A DNA stretch of 64,000 bases from Eledone cirrhosa (taxonomy: Eukaryota), in assembly GCA_964016885.1 (NCBI GenBank), contig OZ024743.1, forward strand, positions 6,448,001 through 6,512,000, read 5' to 3'. The position numbers and the translations under genes were made by a program. Positions 39,050 to 53,006 of the stretch are shown piece after piece. Position 1 is the stretch's first letter, and every line of letters begins with the position of its first letter. Under the pieces are notes generated by a model, which was given only the letters and a program-made list of their open reading frames with translations, had not been told where the DNA came from and searched no databases.

Positions 39050-39270
39050 CTCTTTAGCATTTACATTACTGTATATTTACTATGATATTTTCATGGTAAA
39101 GGCTTTATTTCACATAATTATCTCACCTAATATCAAATCTACAAGATTTTGATATTATTTATTTTGAGAACAATGCCTTAATGTCAGTATGAGTAGCCAG
39201 TTATGGCTGGTTTGAACAGAAAGAGGTGAGAGAGTTCTGGCCGGATGCAGCCGGTTTAAATGCTAAATGG
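39050..39270 (+). mobile_element. piggyBac-type MITE (TTAA TSD)
   Basis: Same family as 20258-20477. Confidence 0.85.
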
Positions 39271-41993
39271 TTAAAGCCACCTCTCTCCCAATTAAGGGTA
39301 GTGCTAGTTCCACAATAAAACACATCTGGTACATGCAGTGAAGTTGTTGGCATCCAGTCATAGAAACAATGCCAAAATGGAATATATCCACAAGACATAG
39401 ACATTTGATCTATCTAGCCTCAGGACATAACCCATCAACTCCATGCAAGCATGGAAAATAAACATAAAAAACTGATGATGATAATGGTGATGATTGCATG
39501 CATATTATGTGTGTGTGCGCTTGTGTTCATTTGTTGTTAGTCATATGAACAAACACACACAAACAAGAAGCTTAGAGTAACCACAAAGCAAATCATCAAC
39601 TTTGAATAACTACATAAATGGGCATGCAATTGTATGTATGGTGATTCTAATTACCCTTGCAACAAGATATAAGAAACTATTATTATTATCGGTAAATTGA
39701 CAGTATCAGTAGAGCGTTAGGCACCATGCTTTACAGCATAGAGTTATGGCCCTTTGCGTTCTGAGTTCAAATCCCGCTGAGATTAACTTTGCCTTTCATC
39801 CTTACAGGGTCAATAAAATAAAGTACCAGTAATGCACTGGGATAATTGTAGGCCTTGTGCCAAAATTAGAAACAATTATTATCAGTGGATTGGTAGTATC
39901 GGTAAAGCATCGGACAATATGCTTTATGGCATAGAGTTACAGTCCTTTACAATCTGAGTTCAAATCCCGCCGAGATTAACTTTGCCTTTCATCCTTACGG
40001 GGTTGATAAAATAAAGCACAAGTAACGTACTGGGGTCAATTTAATCGACTTGCCCCTCTCCCAAAATTACTGGCCTTGTGCCTATACTAGAAATCATTAT
40101 TATTATCATTGTTGTTGTTGTTATAATTTTTTTCTATTATTTCTTAATCTTAATTTCTTATTAATATCACTAGGGTCTTGAGTTACAAATGTTGCTTAGA
40201 AAAGTAGCAGTAAGCCCCTAGCAGGCCAAGTCTGCAATTAATTTTCAACTCCTTAGCAAGCTATTACACTTTACTCATTGCCTGCAATTGTAATATCAGT
40301 CAATATTGAATAACCTGGAAAGGCTGCCATTTTAATTGCATATTATCATCATTATTATTTTACACTTATTTTTCAATACTTGCATAGGTTGGATAGGTCT
40401 TTCCCAGTGCAGCATCTTACTCCTTGTTGCAATCATATGCCATCTCTTTTGTGAGATTAAGCCTCTAGAGATGATTTTTCACCACTTCTTCCCATGTCTT
40501 CTGCAGGTTTCTTTTCCTTTGATCATTTGGCACATTTTTATCTAGCTATCAACCTCTTATACATCACATAGTCATACTGCTTCTATATTCTTGCACACTA
40601 CATCTGATTCTTCTTATACCCAGATTTTCTTGCTTATTTATGCTCATTCATTCATTACACATCCAGCAAAGCATGTTGATCTCATTTCTTTCCATCCGTT
40701 ACACATTCTCCACAGTCAATGCTCATGTTTTATTGTAATTGCACTTTCTACACAAGCATCATACAATATGCCATTTACCTCAACTTTTTCTACCATGTTC
40801 TTACTCTGACAACTATACTTTTGAAACACTTACTTAATTGATAGTGAAACAATATAGGTAATGGAAGCAATCTGCTACTTTTAAGAATCTTTTTGAGCAT
40901 ATGGTAAGCTTTATTTCATGGGTGCTTTTACTGCTAACTATTCTTGTATATCTGCTTTATATGAATTCCTTCTGTCTGGCTGCATGTAGTCCCACTGCTC
41001 CTCTTATGCATGCATAATTTACATTAAGCACACTATATGGAATTCCTATCTCCTCCATTTTTGCTTATTGGGTATGGCCACATTCCAGATGGCTTCCCAC
41101 CTGTAAACTATTTGTCTTAAATTTACTTAAGACTTCTTGAGTTTAGGCTTTGCTCCTATGTTTGGAATTTCTTTCCTAATTCTTTTACAGATTTTTCATA
41201 TAAAAATAACATGGGCTGCTAGTCTTAAACTCCTCAGTTATGGCACAGAAAATTATAACAGATTGGAGGGGGTGAGAATCTGGTCCTGGTGGAGATCTGC
41301 TTCCTTGCTAAATACCTCACTGAACTTGTTGCTACCTCTCACATCATCTCTGTACATTGCTTAAATGTCTCTCATAGCCATTCATCTATACAAAGTTTTC
41401 TTAGAGGATGCAGCATGGCCTAATAGTTAAGGGTACACATGTCTATGGAATGCTCAGTCAGTTGCACATTAATTTCACAAGCAGATCATCCCATTGATCA
41501 AACAACTGGAACACTCATCATCGAAATACTCATCATTTCAGTTTTTGCTTAGCAACTATCAGACTGCATAACATGGTCAACAAATACTGGTGTAGTGGCT
41601 TGCTTTTTACATAGTTGCATTACTAGGAAGAGGGCATCTGTGGTATTCTGTCCTAGCATAAACCAGGAACTATATTTCATCTAAATTAATCTTTCCCATT
41701 AGTTGTATCATAACCCTTTCTACTACATTCATAACTTGGCCCATCAATTTGATCCCTCTAAAGCTGCTTCTGTCAATAATATCTCTTTTGCCCTTATACC
41801 AATTGATGATGATACTGCTACACTAGTCATTGGAAATTGACTCTTCCTGTACTTAACTGACTGTGTCAAGGACTAGCTCAATGTCCTAGGACAGACACTG
41901 GTCTCTTGGAGACGCAGGACATGACAGCGATACTGAGCAACAGAGACCGCTGGAGAGAACTCATCCATGGATCTCATGAATTTTACCCGCCCT

Positions 41994-42035
<42 letters not shown>

Positions 42036-42789
42036 GGAATTAAGTTGGAAAAAACACTAGTAAAAAACACTGCAAATGAACATCTCTTATTCAAATTATA
42101 TCTTCATTACTTTCATGTCGGCTGCATTGATTGTCTGCTATTTTTTTAAATCAGTGTTTATTATTTTGTTATTTTGTGTATGTGGTTATTTATGAAGAGT
42201 ACAATTTGTAGTAGCCATTGATTTTATTTGTTTTTTATCCTGGTTTATTATGATTATTTTTATTTAATAATTGCAAACTAGTTTCTCTAAATGTAACTGT
42301 TATCTACATTGTATTTGTATACTATTATCTAACCTATGCTAACAAGTAATGATATGGTCCCATAACTCCTGAGGGAGTCATAGGGGCACTGTAGTGGCAT
42401 ATGGCATTTCTTTAGCATTTTAAGCCTGGCGGAGCCCATCCCTCTCCAGGTCTGAACACAACAGATTTCTTCCAAAGAAGGATAGAGAGAGTAAGAAAGC
42501 GGAAGTAAGAAAGAAATATAGAGGAAGAATCGACCTCAATACTACACAGGTACTTTGTTTATCGACCTTGAATGGATGAAAGACAAAGTTGACCTCTGCA
42601 GGATTTGAACTCAGAGAGCAAAAAGCCAGAACAAATACTGCAAAGCATTTTATCCAATGTTCTAATGACTCTGCCAATTTGCTGCCTTACTAACAAGTAA
42701 AGGAAATGCTAAAACAATGATATTGGTGAAAATATAGATGCTACAAATATTGTTATATGGAAAATTATGAAATTGTTAATTTATTTCAG

Positions 42790-42898
42790 ATTGTGTAGTA
42801 TGTGAAGATGAACTTAAATATGCCCTCTTTGCCAATAATTGTATGTACCCAGGAATATCAACTTTGGTGACATTAATGCTTCACACATATGAAGGAGA
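42790..42898 (+). CDS. slo-2: Slo2/KCNT exon (RCK1): DCVVCEDELKYALFANNCMYPGISTLVTLMLHTYEG
   Basis: tttcag and gtaagt sites; VVCExExKYA...STLxTL motif; phase 1-2. Confidence 0.96.
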
Positions 42899-42909
42899 GT
42901 AAGTGCCAA

Positions 42910-44179
42910 TCTATATATAATATAAAAGAGAGATGTTTATTGGTTGATTGGTTGGTTGCACGAAAACTACACACAGACACACACACATATACATACACAC
43001 ACATCTAAAGAGAGAGAGAGACAGAGGGAGAGACAAAGATAGGCTGTTATACAGAGAGATATACAATTAAAGTGTTAGATATTCAGAGAGAACAAGAGAG
43101 AGAGAGTGACGTTCCACAAAAGTCTTTGATTTTACAGAATAAAGAAAAAATTGGTACTATTTGAAATTAATCTACCAGTTATATTAAGTTAGCTTTTTGA
43201 GGATAGTGTCATGTTATTATTGACCTAATTCAGATGACAGTGTGTCAACCTATCCTCTAAGAATGCTATTTGCATTTATTTCTATTTTTTTCATATTGCT
43301 TTGTATTGTTGTTTTTTCACGATATTTTCCAAGAAAATTAATTTCATCATGTCACCAAAACACCGCTCATCTATCGGGGGTTACAATGTCCGCCAAACAG
43401 TTGAAATCTTCAAACGAAAGAGAAACTCATGAACAATATAAAAAAAGACTTGGGAATAAAGGGACAAGTAAACATTGTGACATTCAGCAGAATATGAGAC
43501 AGGAAACAGAAAGGTTAAGACAACAAGAAACGATTGCAGCTTTCTGAAAGTGTACAGAACCTGAGACAGGAAACAGAAAGATTAAGGCAAGAAGAAAGAC
43601 TATCGCAACAGAGGTTCAATATGAAAATCACCAAGAGGCAATGAGAGTTGCGGTGCAAACTTGATGAGCACAAAGGACTCTTTAAGGCCAAACAAACTGG
43701 CTAAGAGCTGTGTTTTCATTGATCCCTCGAAGAATTATAGAAATGATCCTAAAGTCGCAATTGGTAGCATGGATATTACACTTGGTATGTGTTGCTTAGA
43801 AGGAAAGGTCAGACTTCCACTGATAGAGGACCCCCAAGCTTTTATCCATATGGTGCTTACAGACCGTACAAACGAAGCTAAACACTTCAGAAGCAGTATA
43901 TTGCTGAATTTCAGATGACGTCCTTTCGAGCTGAAAAAGATCATACTGACTATGGTTATTTCACAACATTTAAAATCCAATGCTACCATTTAATCGACAG
44001 GTTACTCTCCCAGCCTAATAAGGAAGTTTTATGATTGTTTTTTTTTATGTCTTTCTCACACACACACACATTACGGTCTCACCTCATACTGTAAACCAGA
44101 CAACACATCCAACACAGTTGTTTTCTCTTTTATCTGTCTTCTAACTGTTCTCCCAGGCGAAGCCAGGTACCTCAGCTAG
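42910..44179 (+). mobile_element. Non-autonomous Helitron with a decayed RepHel N-terminal remnant
   Basis: A|TC start; 3' hairpin cccaggcgaagccagg followed by CTAG|T; internal IGSMD..CC..GKVRLP...AKHFRSSI...QMTSF motifs. Confidence 0.8.
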
Positions 44180-44421
44180 TTAGTTATGTGAGAAGAAGTT
44201 GAACGTTTCAAATGTTTTTATTTGTCTTTATTACCATTAGAATATGCATATTTTTCTTCTGGAAAGTTTTGCATTCTTTTTCCCAACAAATGTTAGCAAA
44301 CCCTTATAAAAATATATACCATACACAGTTCTGAATTGAACTTGTTTAGAAAGTGATTTGATCTAAGATAGTGTGTTTAAACTGAAAGGAGTGAATTGAG
44401 GAAGTCATATCAGCCATTTAA

Positions 44422-44642
44422 CCCTTTAGTATTTACATTACTCTATATTTACTATTATATTTTCACAGTAAATGCTTTACCTCACATAATAATCTCACAT
44501 AATATCGAATTTATGAGATTTTGATATTATTTATTTTGAGCACAATACCTTAATGTAAGTATGAGCGATGACTTGCAGCTGATTTAAACAGAAAGAGGTG
44601 AGAGAATTCTGACCAGATACTGCTGGTTTAAATGTTAAAGGG
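44422..44642 (+). mobile_element. piggyBac-type MITE (TTAA TSD)
   Basis: TTAA|ccctttagtatttac ... aaatgttaaaggg|TTAA. Confidence 0.88.
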
Positions 44643-45373
44643 TTAAACCCCCATATGCTATTATATTCACTTTTTTTTAAATTTCATGATAATATTGTAT
44701 ACCATAAAATTTCTAAGGGTTTTGTTATACAACTATGACTGGATCGTTAATACAATTCAACTGCATAGGTTGATTATCTTCTAAAATTCTACATGTGAGG
44801 GAGTGTGCATGCGTTTTACATTTTAAGAAATTTTCTTATTAAAGCATTGAACTATTTGTCTTAAGGACTTCCCCATCGAAATTCTGTATTTTAAACAGGA
44901 CAAATACTGAATTAAAAAATACATTTCTATAGGGTAAAAATAACCTAGACACTTATTTACTTTTAACAATCAAATTTCTTTGTTACAGAGATCTCTAGTT
45001 GTTAGTTGTCTTGCCCCAAGTCAGCTCTGGACAAGCAAATCTATGATTAAATGCTTTTCATCTATGACCATCTTATCTAACAATGTTAATTATAGCATTA
45101 TAAAATGCTGATCCATAACATAAAACATATTTTTAGAAAATGCCTTGTAATAAAAACTTTATAATAGCTTGATTCTTTTTTAAGCTAAACAGATACATTT
45201 GCCAAAATAATTAAATGTTAAATCATATAGTTTTGATTTGATAAATCAGATTGAAACTTCTTTATTTTGTGAAGTTACTATGCAATTATTTTGCAGGCTT
45301 TGTGTTATTTTTTTAAATATTTTTGCACAACCATTTAAAGCTTAAGTTTTTTATGCATTTTATTCCTTTTCAG

Positions 45374-45523
45374 TATAGGCAAAGATGCTCCAGAAAGATG
45401 GCAGAAAATTTATGGGCGCCATTCAGGGAATGAACTTTACCATATTTCTCTTGAAAATAGTTTGTTTTTTGGTCACTACATAGGAAAAAGTTTTGTTGAA
45501 GCTTCAGCTGATGCTCATGAGAA
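45374..45523 (+). CDS. slo-2: Slo2/KCNT exon: [50 protein letters not shown]
   Basis: ttttcag and gtaggt sites; WQxxYGRxSGNExYHI motif; phase 2-2. Confidence 0.96.
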
Positions 45524-46712
45524 GTAGGTTATGCTTTAAACTGTAATTTTCTTTACAAAAGTCTTATTTCTTTAATGACCACTAAAATCTTACCAAATTT
45601 CAAACCAATTTTAATCCATTAATAAAGTAGTATATATTTCTTTGAGGATTACTTTTTTACATATATTCTAAAATTAAGTTAAGTGTGAATTCAGAGACAG
45701 ATACAAAAGTGAATATAAAGAATAAAAAGTAAGTACAGCAGTGGCAGTGCAACCACAACAAATATGATTAAACAATGTTTATTGTTGTTATGGTGACGGT
45801 AGTGGCAGTGGTGGTGTATTGTTTTAATAATTGTTTCTACTTTGTTTTTTCCTACTTTTTTTTTCTACTTTAATATTCATAAAATAGTCGTCTTTGAATT
45901 TTACATGACATTACTAATTCTTTGACAAGTTCAAATAAATGTTTGCATTCCTTTGAAAAGAAGACAATAAACAATATACTGGCAAAATATAAATATATTG
46001 TTGTATAGAATTACTATTTTATAAAGAAGTGGTCACAACTTATATTTGGTTTATTTAAATGATTTGGCACAAGGCCAGCAATTACCCCAGTGCATTACTG
46101 GTGCTTTATTTTATCGACCACATAAAGATGAAAGGCAAAGTTAACCTCGGCGAACGTAAAGGGCCATAACTCTGCTGCAAATCATGGCGTCTGATGCTCT
46201 ATCGATACTGCCAATCTACCAAGTCTATTTGAAAATAATATTGTATTTATCATCATCATCATCACCACCATCATCTTCAAACTTCATCCTCTTCCTCCTC
46301 TCCCTCTTTATCACTATTAACTTGATCATGTTATATTTACCATACATGGCTTAGACAATAAGCAGTTCCTCAGACCTATTTAACCAATTAGTACATAAGA
46401 ATCATCATCATCATCATTCTTTTTGCCTCCACTTTTCTATCCTAACATGGGTTGGATGGGATATTTCAAGACAATGTTTTACCATCAGATGCCTTTCCTA
46501 ACAATAACCATTTTAATTGCCTCTTAGGACACACACAAATACAGTGTACCTATTCTAAAAACCGAGGTACACATGGCATGAATATAAATATAAAATTGAT
46601 AAACAAATGGGTAATTGAGAAACAATGTTTATTGCTGTTATAGCTCCGCTGTTGTAGTCTAAAGTGGTGTTTCTATTAATTCTGATTCTATTATGGTTCA
46701 ATTCTATTTCAG

Positions 46713-46897
46713 ATTTGGAGTATGTTTGCTTGCAGTTGAAGATACTATAAAACCAAATTATCGTATACAGCTGAACCCTGGACCAAATTATATACTTAAA
46801 AAGACTGATATATGTTATTACCTAAGTATAACACAAGAAGAATATGTTCAAATTAAACATATCCATGAACATCAAACTGTAAATGGAGAGAAACGCT
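46713..46897 (+). CDS. slo-2: Slo2/KCNT exon (end of RCK1): FGVCLLAV...IQLNPGPNYILKKTDICYYLSITQEE...EKR
   Basis: tttcag acceptor; LNPGP motif; donor gtaagt at 46898 (phase 1); a weaker alternative donor gtaaat lies at 46879. Confidence 0.93.
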
Positions 46898-48029
46898 GTA
46901 AGTTATTCTTGTTACTCTGTAAATGCAATTATACCTTTAGCATAAAATCTCACACATTAAAATAATAAGATTTACAGATGTAAAACTACACTGGAAAACC
47001 CTCATTGCATATCTGCTAATTTCTTTAACTTGATTTTTCTACTCTCTCTCTCTCTCCACCTGAATGTTAGAAACAAACATTTCAAGTTATTCTGGCTCTT
47101 CTCCATTCATCTAAATTCATCTACTGACTCAACTGCTCTCTGAATGCCTTCAAATTTCAGTAACGATTATGCATCAGACACCACGCTTTGCAGCATAGAG
47201 TTATGGCCCTTTACATTCTGAATTCAAATCCCGCTGAGGTTACCTTTGCCTTTCATCCTTATGAGGTCGATATAATAAATCACCAGTAATGCACTGAGGT
47301 CGAATTATTTGACTTTCCCCTCCCCCCAAATTGCTGTCCTTGTGCCTATGGTAGAAATAATTATTTGGTATTCTACACTGTCTGTATGAATTAGTATTTA
47401 AGCTACCCATATGAATGACTGACACACTACCTGTCCTGACACACTTGACAATAGCCATATATATTAAGAAAATATCCACACATCATTACAGCCTCCCTAT
47501 CATGATCAACACAATTGAAATGTTTCAACTGCTCTATAAATGCTTGGCTTCTAATGACTTTACATACCAACTATATATATATATATATATGTCATAGATT
47601 GAGTTAGAAACTCAAAATAGTCTTTTACAATTAAATAGCTCAAGGAAGGGAATCTTTCCGAGCCGTGTAATACAATTGAATATACGAGAGAGATGAACAC
47701 TGATACAAGTATACATGTGTTCCAATTGTAAATGAAGTTAGCTAGGTTGAAAAAATGGTTATTTAAAACAATAGTTTGCCTGTCTCGATTTAAAGTAATA
47801 AATCAATAAAAATAACAAACCTATATTGGGCAACTGCTTTCGATACCCGGACAGATCTAAAATCTGTTTCGCAAGAATTATTAAGTGAAAGCCACCATTC
47901 CTGTGCTCTTCTGCGGGTATCCAGGAAATTCACACCTTTCACTTAGTATTTCTTCAACCTAGCTAACTTGGTCATTTACAATACGAACACATGTATACTT
48001 CTATCGGTGTTCATCCCTCTCATATATTC

Positions 48030-48094
<65 letters not shown>

Positions 48095-48095
<1 letters not shown>

Positions 48096-48660
48096 GTTAT
48101 TCCGGGTTGAATCGGAGGTAACCACAGTAAGGTACTCAATACATTGCAGAGTATAAAAGTTTTAATATAGATGAGATTCTACAGGACTAGAACTGTTTCA
48201 TTCTTTAGAAATCATCAGGAATTTGGGTATCAAAAAATAAGTATGGTATTTATAGGTCTCTACAAGTGGTAGGAGAGGGTAGGGAGTGGGATGGGTGTAG
48301 GTCATTGGTTGATAGAAAAGGGAATTCATTAAAAGCTAATTCTACAAAGCTATAATTTATTTTTATTTTTATTTTTATTTTTATTTTTATTTTTATTTTT
48401 ATTTTTAGAGTAACAAAGGCAGCAAGGTTTCTATAAACAGGTTCAGGATGGCAGGCCACTCCTTATTATTAAGTTTCTCTTAAGCTAACAGGTGTCTATA
48501 AGATCAGTGGGGGGTCAGTCATGGTAGATAGATTTAAAGGAAAGGGAGATTCTTTAAAAGCTAAATTCTTTAAGGTTCTACTAAGTAACAAAGGTTTAGA
48601 GAATTTTGTAGACAAATTCAAAATATTGAGTGCATATCTTACAATTATCCTCAAATTTCT
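48095..48660 (-). mobile_element. Penelope-type 3' terminal fragment with a hammerhead at 48174-48224
   Basis: Abuts (TA)n; about 48159-48532 is the reverse complement of 56118-56458. Confidence 0.7.
48174..48224 (-). ncRNA. Type I hammerhead ribozyme
   Basis: aattc CTGATGA tttctaaagaat GAAA cag-ttctagtc-ctg TA gaat; copy of 56392-56442. Confidence 0.65.
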
Positions 48661-48858
48661 CTGAAACTATTCAACTATATGCCAAAAATCAACAGACACA
48701 TTCACAGAACACACTCAATCACACACTCGCGCGCACCCATAAACACACACGCTTATACATATAGATATACATATATATACACACACACACATACACAAAT
48801 ATATATATATATACATATACATATATACATATATACATATATACACATATATATACAC

Positions 48859-48891
<33 letters not shown>

Positions 48892-48894
48892 CAC

Positions 48895-48955
<61 letters not shown>

Positions 48956-49065
48956 TATACACATATATATACACACACGTACACCATACATACATACATA
49001 TATCTATATATATATATATACATATATATACACACGTACACATACATACATATATATATATATAT

Positions 49066-49834
49066 AAAACATTTAAATATAAATTAATATATATGATGAA
49101 ACACAAATACCAACATATCTGCATTTATATTGCAAAAGAAATTTAGTTAGCTAGAATGAAATATACTAATTATAATATTACAGCCTGCATATATCGATTT
49201 AAAATAATAAATCAACAAAGACAAACAGTATTGCCAAATGGCCGTGATGTTTAGACACATTTAAATTTCAAAATCAAACCTGTTCCGTAGATAAGTTTAA
49301 ACTTTAAAATCCAAATATGTTTCGAGATAAATAAGTGTAAGGATATCTTGTCCAGCTCTCTTCAGTAAACATCCCGAACAAATTGATATGCTTCACTTCT
49401 AAATATTTTAAAAGACTGTTTAACGCACATGGTTTACAGTTTCTAGCCAGCCTCATACCCGTACTGCTAGAAATAACAGCCGTATATATGAGGCTACTAT
49501 CAGCTCAAACTAAGGAGCAATTTTATTAAGTGTAATGAGTTCTTTTACAATGAAAATAGCTCAAAGAAACAAATATTTCTGAGCCGTGTAAAACATTTAA
49601 ATATAAATTAATATATATGATGAAACACAAATACCAACATATCTGCATTTATATTGCAAAAGAAATTTAGTTAGCTAGAATGAAATATACTAATTATAAT
49701 AATACAGCCTGCCTATATCGATTTAAAATAATAAATCAACAAAGACAAACAGTATTGCCAAATGGCCGTGATGTTTAGACACATTTAAATTTCAAAATCA
49801 AACCTGTTCCGTGGATAAGTTTAAACTTTAAAAT
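49066..49834 (-). repeat. About 245-bp direct repeats (49066-49310 and 49590-49834) flanking a segment with a hammerhead motif (49309-49370)
   Basis: Near-identical units; on the minus strand gttta CTGAAGA gag...ctc GAAA cata TT tggat. Confidence 0.75.
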
Positions 49835-49897
49835 GTCACACACACACACACATAAATATATATATATATATATATACACACATACACATATACACAC

Positions 49898-49947
<50 letters not shown>

Positions 49948-49953
49948 GTGAGG

Positions 49954-49985
<32 letters not shown>

Positions 49986-50021
49986 ATGAAAAATAACCGA
50001 GGTGTCCTACACGAGTGAAAG

Positions 50022-50321
50022 TATAAAGAAAAAGAGATGAAATCGAAAATGCAACTGGAGTCTTATTTTTTTTTTAAATATATATATTTATTTGGTTCCT
50101 TTACCGGTTTCGCAGTTCTTCTGCTTTTCAAAAGGTGAGTTGAGATGGAGGGTCTGTGGTTTTTCTCACAGATGTGAGAAAAACCACAGACCCTCCATCT
50201 CAACTCACCTTTTGAAAAGCAGAAGAACTGCGAAACCGGTAAAGGAACCAAATAAATATATATATTTAAAAAAAAAAAAAGACTCCAGTTGCATTTTCGA
50301 TTTCATCTCTTTTTCTTTATA
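50022..50321. repeat. 300-bp palindrome (149-bp arms, one mismatch) with a hammerhead in each arm
   Basis: Symmetric about 50171/50172; ORFs 50063(-) and 50092(+) mirror each other. Confidence 0.97.
50208..50245 (+). ncRNA. Minimal type I hammerhead, U3:A8 core variant (mirror copy at 50098-50135 on -)
   Basis: cctt TTGAAAA gcag-aagaa-ctgc GAAA ccgg TA aagg; stems I and II perfect; palindromic ACCGGT stem III. Confidence 0.75.
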
Positions 50322-50566
50322 TATATATATATATAGTGAAGGCGTGTGGCTGAGTGGTTAGAGAATTGGATTCGCAATCGTAAGGTTGTGAGTTCGATTC
50401 CTGGACCAGGTGATGCGTTATGTCCTTGAGCAAGACACTTTATTTCACGTTGCTCCTTCTACCTGGAGTTGCGACCGATAGATAGTATTAGCAATTGGAA
50501 AGACCAACGGAAACATTGTTCCCTCGGTCCGATTTGACGAAAGTCGATTGTTCCTTTTATATATAC

Positions 50567-50611
<45 letters not shown>

Positions 50612-50630
50612 TACAAATACACAGACATAC

Positions 50631-50694
<64 letters not shown>

Positions 50695-50707
50695 CTATAT
50701 ATACATA

Positions 50708-50785
<78 letters not shown>

Positions 50786-50917
50786 AATACATACATACAT
50801 ATACATATATACACATACACACAAATATACATACACATATATACGCACACACATACACACATACGTATACATAAATAAATAAATATATATACACACATAT
50901 ATATATATATATATATA

Positions 50918-50963
<46 letters not shown>

Positions 50964-51150
50964 GTACATACACCTACATATACACATATACACACACATA
51001 TATATATATATATATACACACACATACATATATATATACATATATATATACATATATACATATAAACACATAAATACATATATACATATATATATACATA
51101 CATACACATACATATATACATATACACACATATATACACACATAATATAC

Positions 51151-51203
<53 letters not shown>

Positions 51204-51206
51204 CAT

Positions 51207-51237
<31 letters not shown>

Positions 51238-51241
51238 CACA

Positions 51242-51758
51242 TCTTCTATATATATAAAACTGTGGTTGTCTGTCTGTCTATCGATTTTTGGCACACATCT
51301 CTTAGAATCTCTCACGGAATTGCACCGAAATTGCTATACTTGTACATTGAGCCCTAGCGAAGACATTGGAGAAAAAAAAATTTCAAATTGACCCACCCTA
51401 TGTGACGAAATCGAATATAATGTATTGATTTTTGAGCGTAAGTTATCAGTTATTTCCCTTTGTTCTGTTTACATTGAGCGTCTTATGTAAAAAATTACGC
51501 TGGCTTTCTCAGTCTTTGTTAATAAATAACCAGTGCAGTTTTTATCCCCAGCATCCTCTTTTGTTATAACATTCGGGTTATCGTTATGTTTTCTTAACTT
51601 CATAAGGCATATTGTTGGTTGAGGGAATATTAATCAAAAACACCACATGCAAGTCTGCACAGTAGACACTACAGTTTTTAAGCCAAAAAAGAAACTTAAC
51701 ATTGTAACTTTAACACAGCTACTGAGCGACCCCGAGCAACGCCGGGCTTTACTGCTAG
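51242..51758 (+). mobile_element. Short non-autonomous Helitron
   Basis: A|TC...tatatataaaa followed by (tctg)n at the 5' end; 3' hairpin cccgagcaacgccggg followed by CTAG|T. Confidence 0.8.
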
Positions 51759-51789
<31 letters not shown>

Positions 51790-51898
51790 ACACACACATA
51801 CACACATATATACATACATATATAAATACACACATACATATATATATATATTATATATATATACACACATACACATATCTATACATACACACACACAC

Positions 51899-51930
<32 letters not shown>

Positions 51931-52018
51931 GCAAAAGTTTTATTTAAGATTGTTGGGTTACAACGAGTAAATATTTTATAACTGATATAAAAGCACTCAA
52001 CAGTTTCTGGAGTAGGTT

Positions 52019-52944
52019 TACGATATTAAACAAATGGAAACTATATTTATAAAACCATATTTATTTCGTTATATATATTTCTGGGATATCATATTAAAAA
52101 TATGGTATGCATTCCTCAGACAAAATACAATACATAAGCTGTTTTATAAATAATTAGTGACATGCCTTGTAATAATGCAACTTCCATTTAAAAAGTTGAT
52201 TTGGTAGTGAAACTGTTATGATAGTTATATAGAAAGAAAAACGAAGATGAGAAGAAGATGAAGAGATGTATGTAAATAAAAAAAAAAAAATTTAAAAAAA
52301 AAGAAGAAGATGAAGAGATGTATGTAAAGAAAAACAACGGAGCGAGATAGAGAGACAAGGAGATATGGGAGAGAGAAATACATTGAGGAGGTGAAAAAAT
52401 ACTGATATTTACATTATAATACCTAATTCATAAAAATTGATAATTCAAATGGATGAGACATAATATATTTTTAATATATCATCTTTCTTTCTTTTTCTCC
52501 TATACACTAGTTTAACTGTATCCCTTCCCTTAACCTCTCACATATACGATGATCATCTGTCCAAAAGCAGCCTACTATATTTTTTCACCTCCTCAATGTA
52601 TTTCTCTCTCCCATATCTCCTTGTCTCTCTATCTCGCTCCGTTGTTTTTCTTTACATACATCTCTTCATCTTCTTTTTTTTTATTTACATACATCTCTTC
52701 ATCTTCTTCTTCTCATCTTCGTTTTTCTTTCTATATAACTATCATAACAGTTTCACTACCAAATCAACTTTTTAAATGGAAGTTGCATTATTACAAGGTA
52801 TGTCACTAATTATTTATAAAACAGCTTATGTATTGTATTTTGTCTGAGGAAGGCATACCATATTTTTAATATGATATCCCAGAAATATATATAACGAAAT
52901 AAATATGGTTTTATAAATATAGTTTCCATTTGTTTAATATCGTA
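52019..52944. repeat. About 370-bp inverted repeat (52019-52401 / 52578-52944) with decayed hammerhead motifs
   Basis: Arms nearly identical; attttgt CTGAGGA ... GAAA tatata TA acgaaat at about 52837-52900 has a weak stem II. Confidence 0.88.
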
Positions 52945-52945
52945 T

Positions 52946-53006
<61 letters not shown>

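Noticed and set aside
50063-50361. Twin ORFs MVPLPVSQFF... on opposite strands as a gene pair
   Set aside because: Artefact of the 300-bp palindrome.
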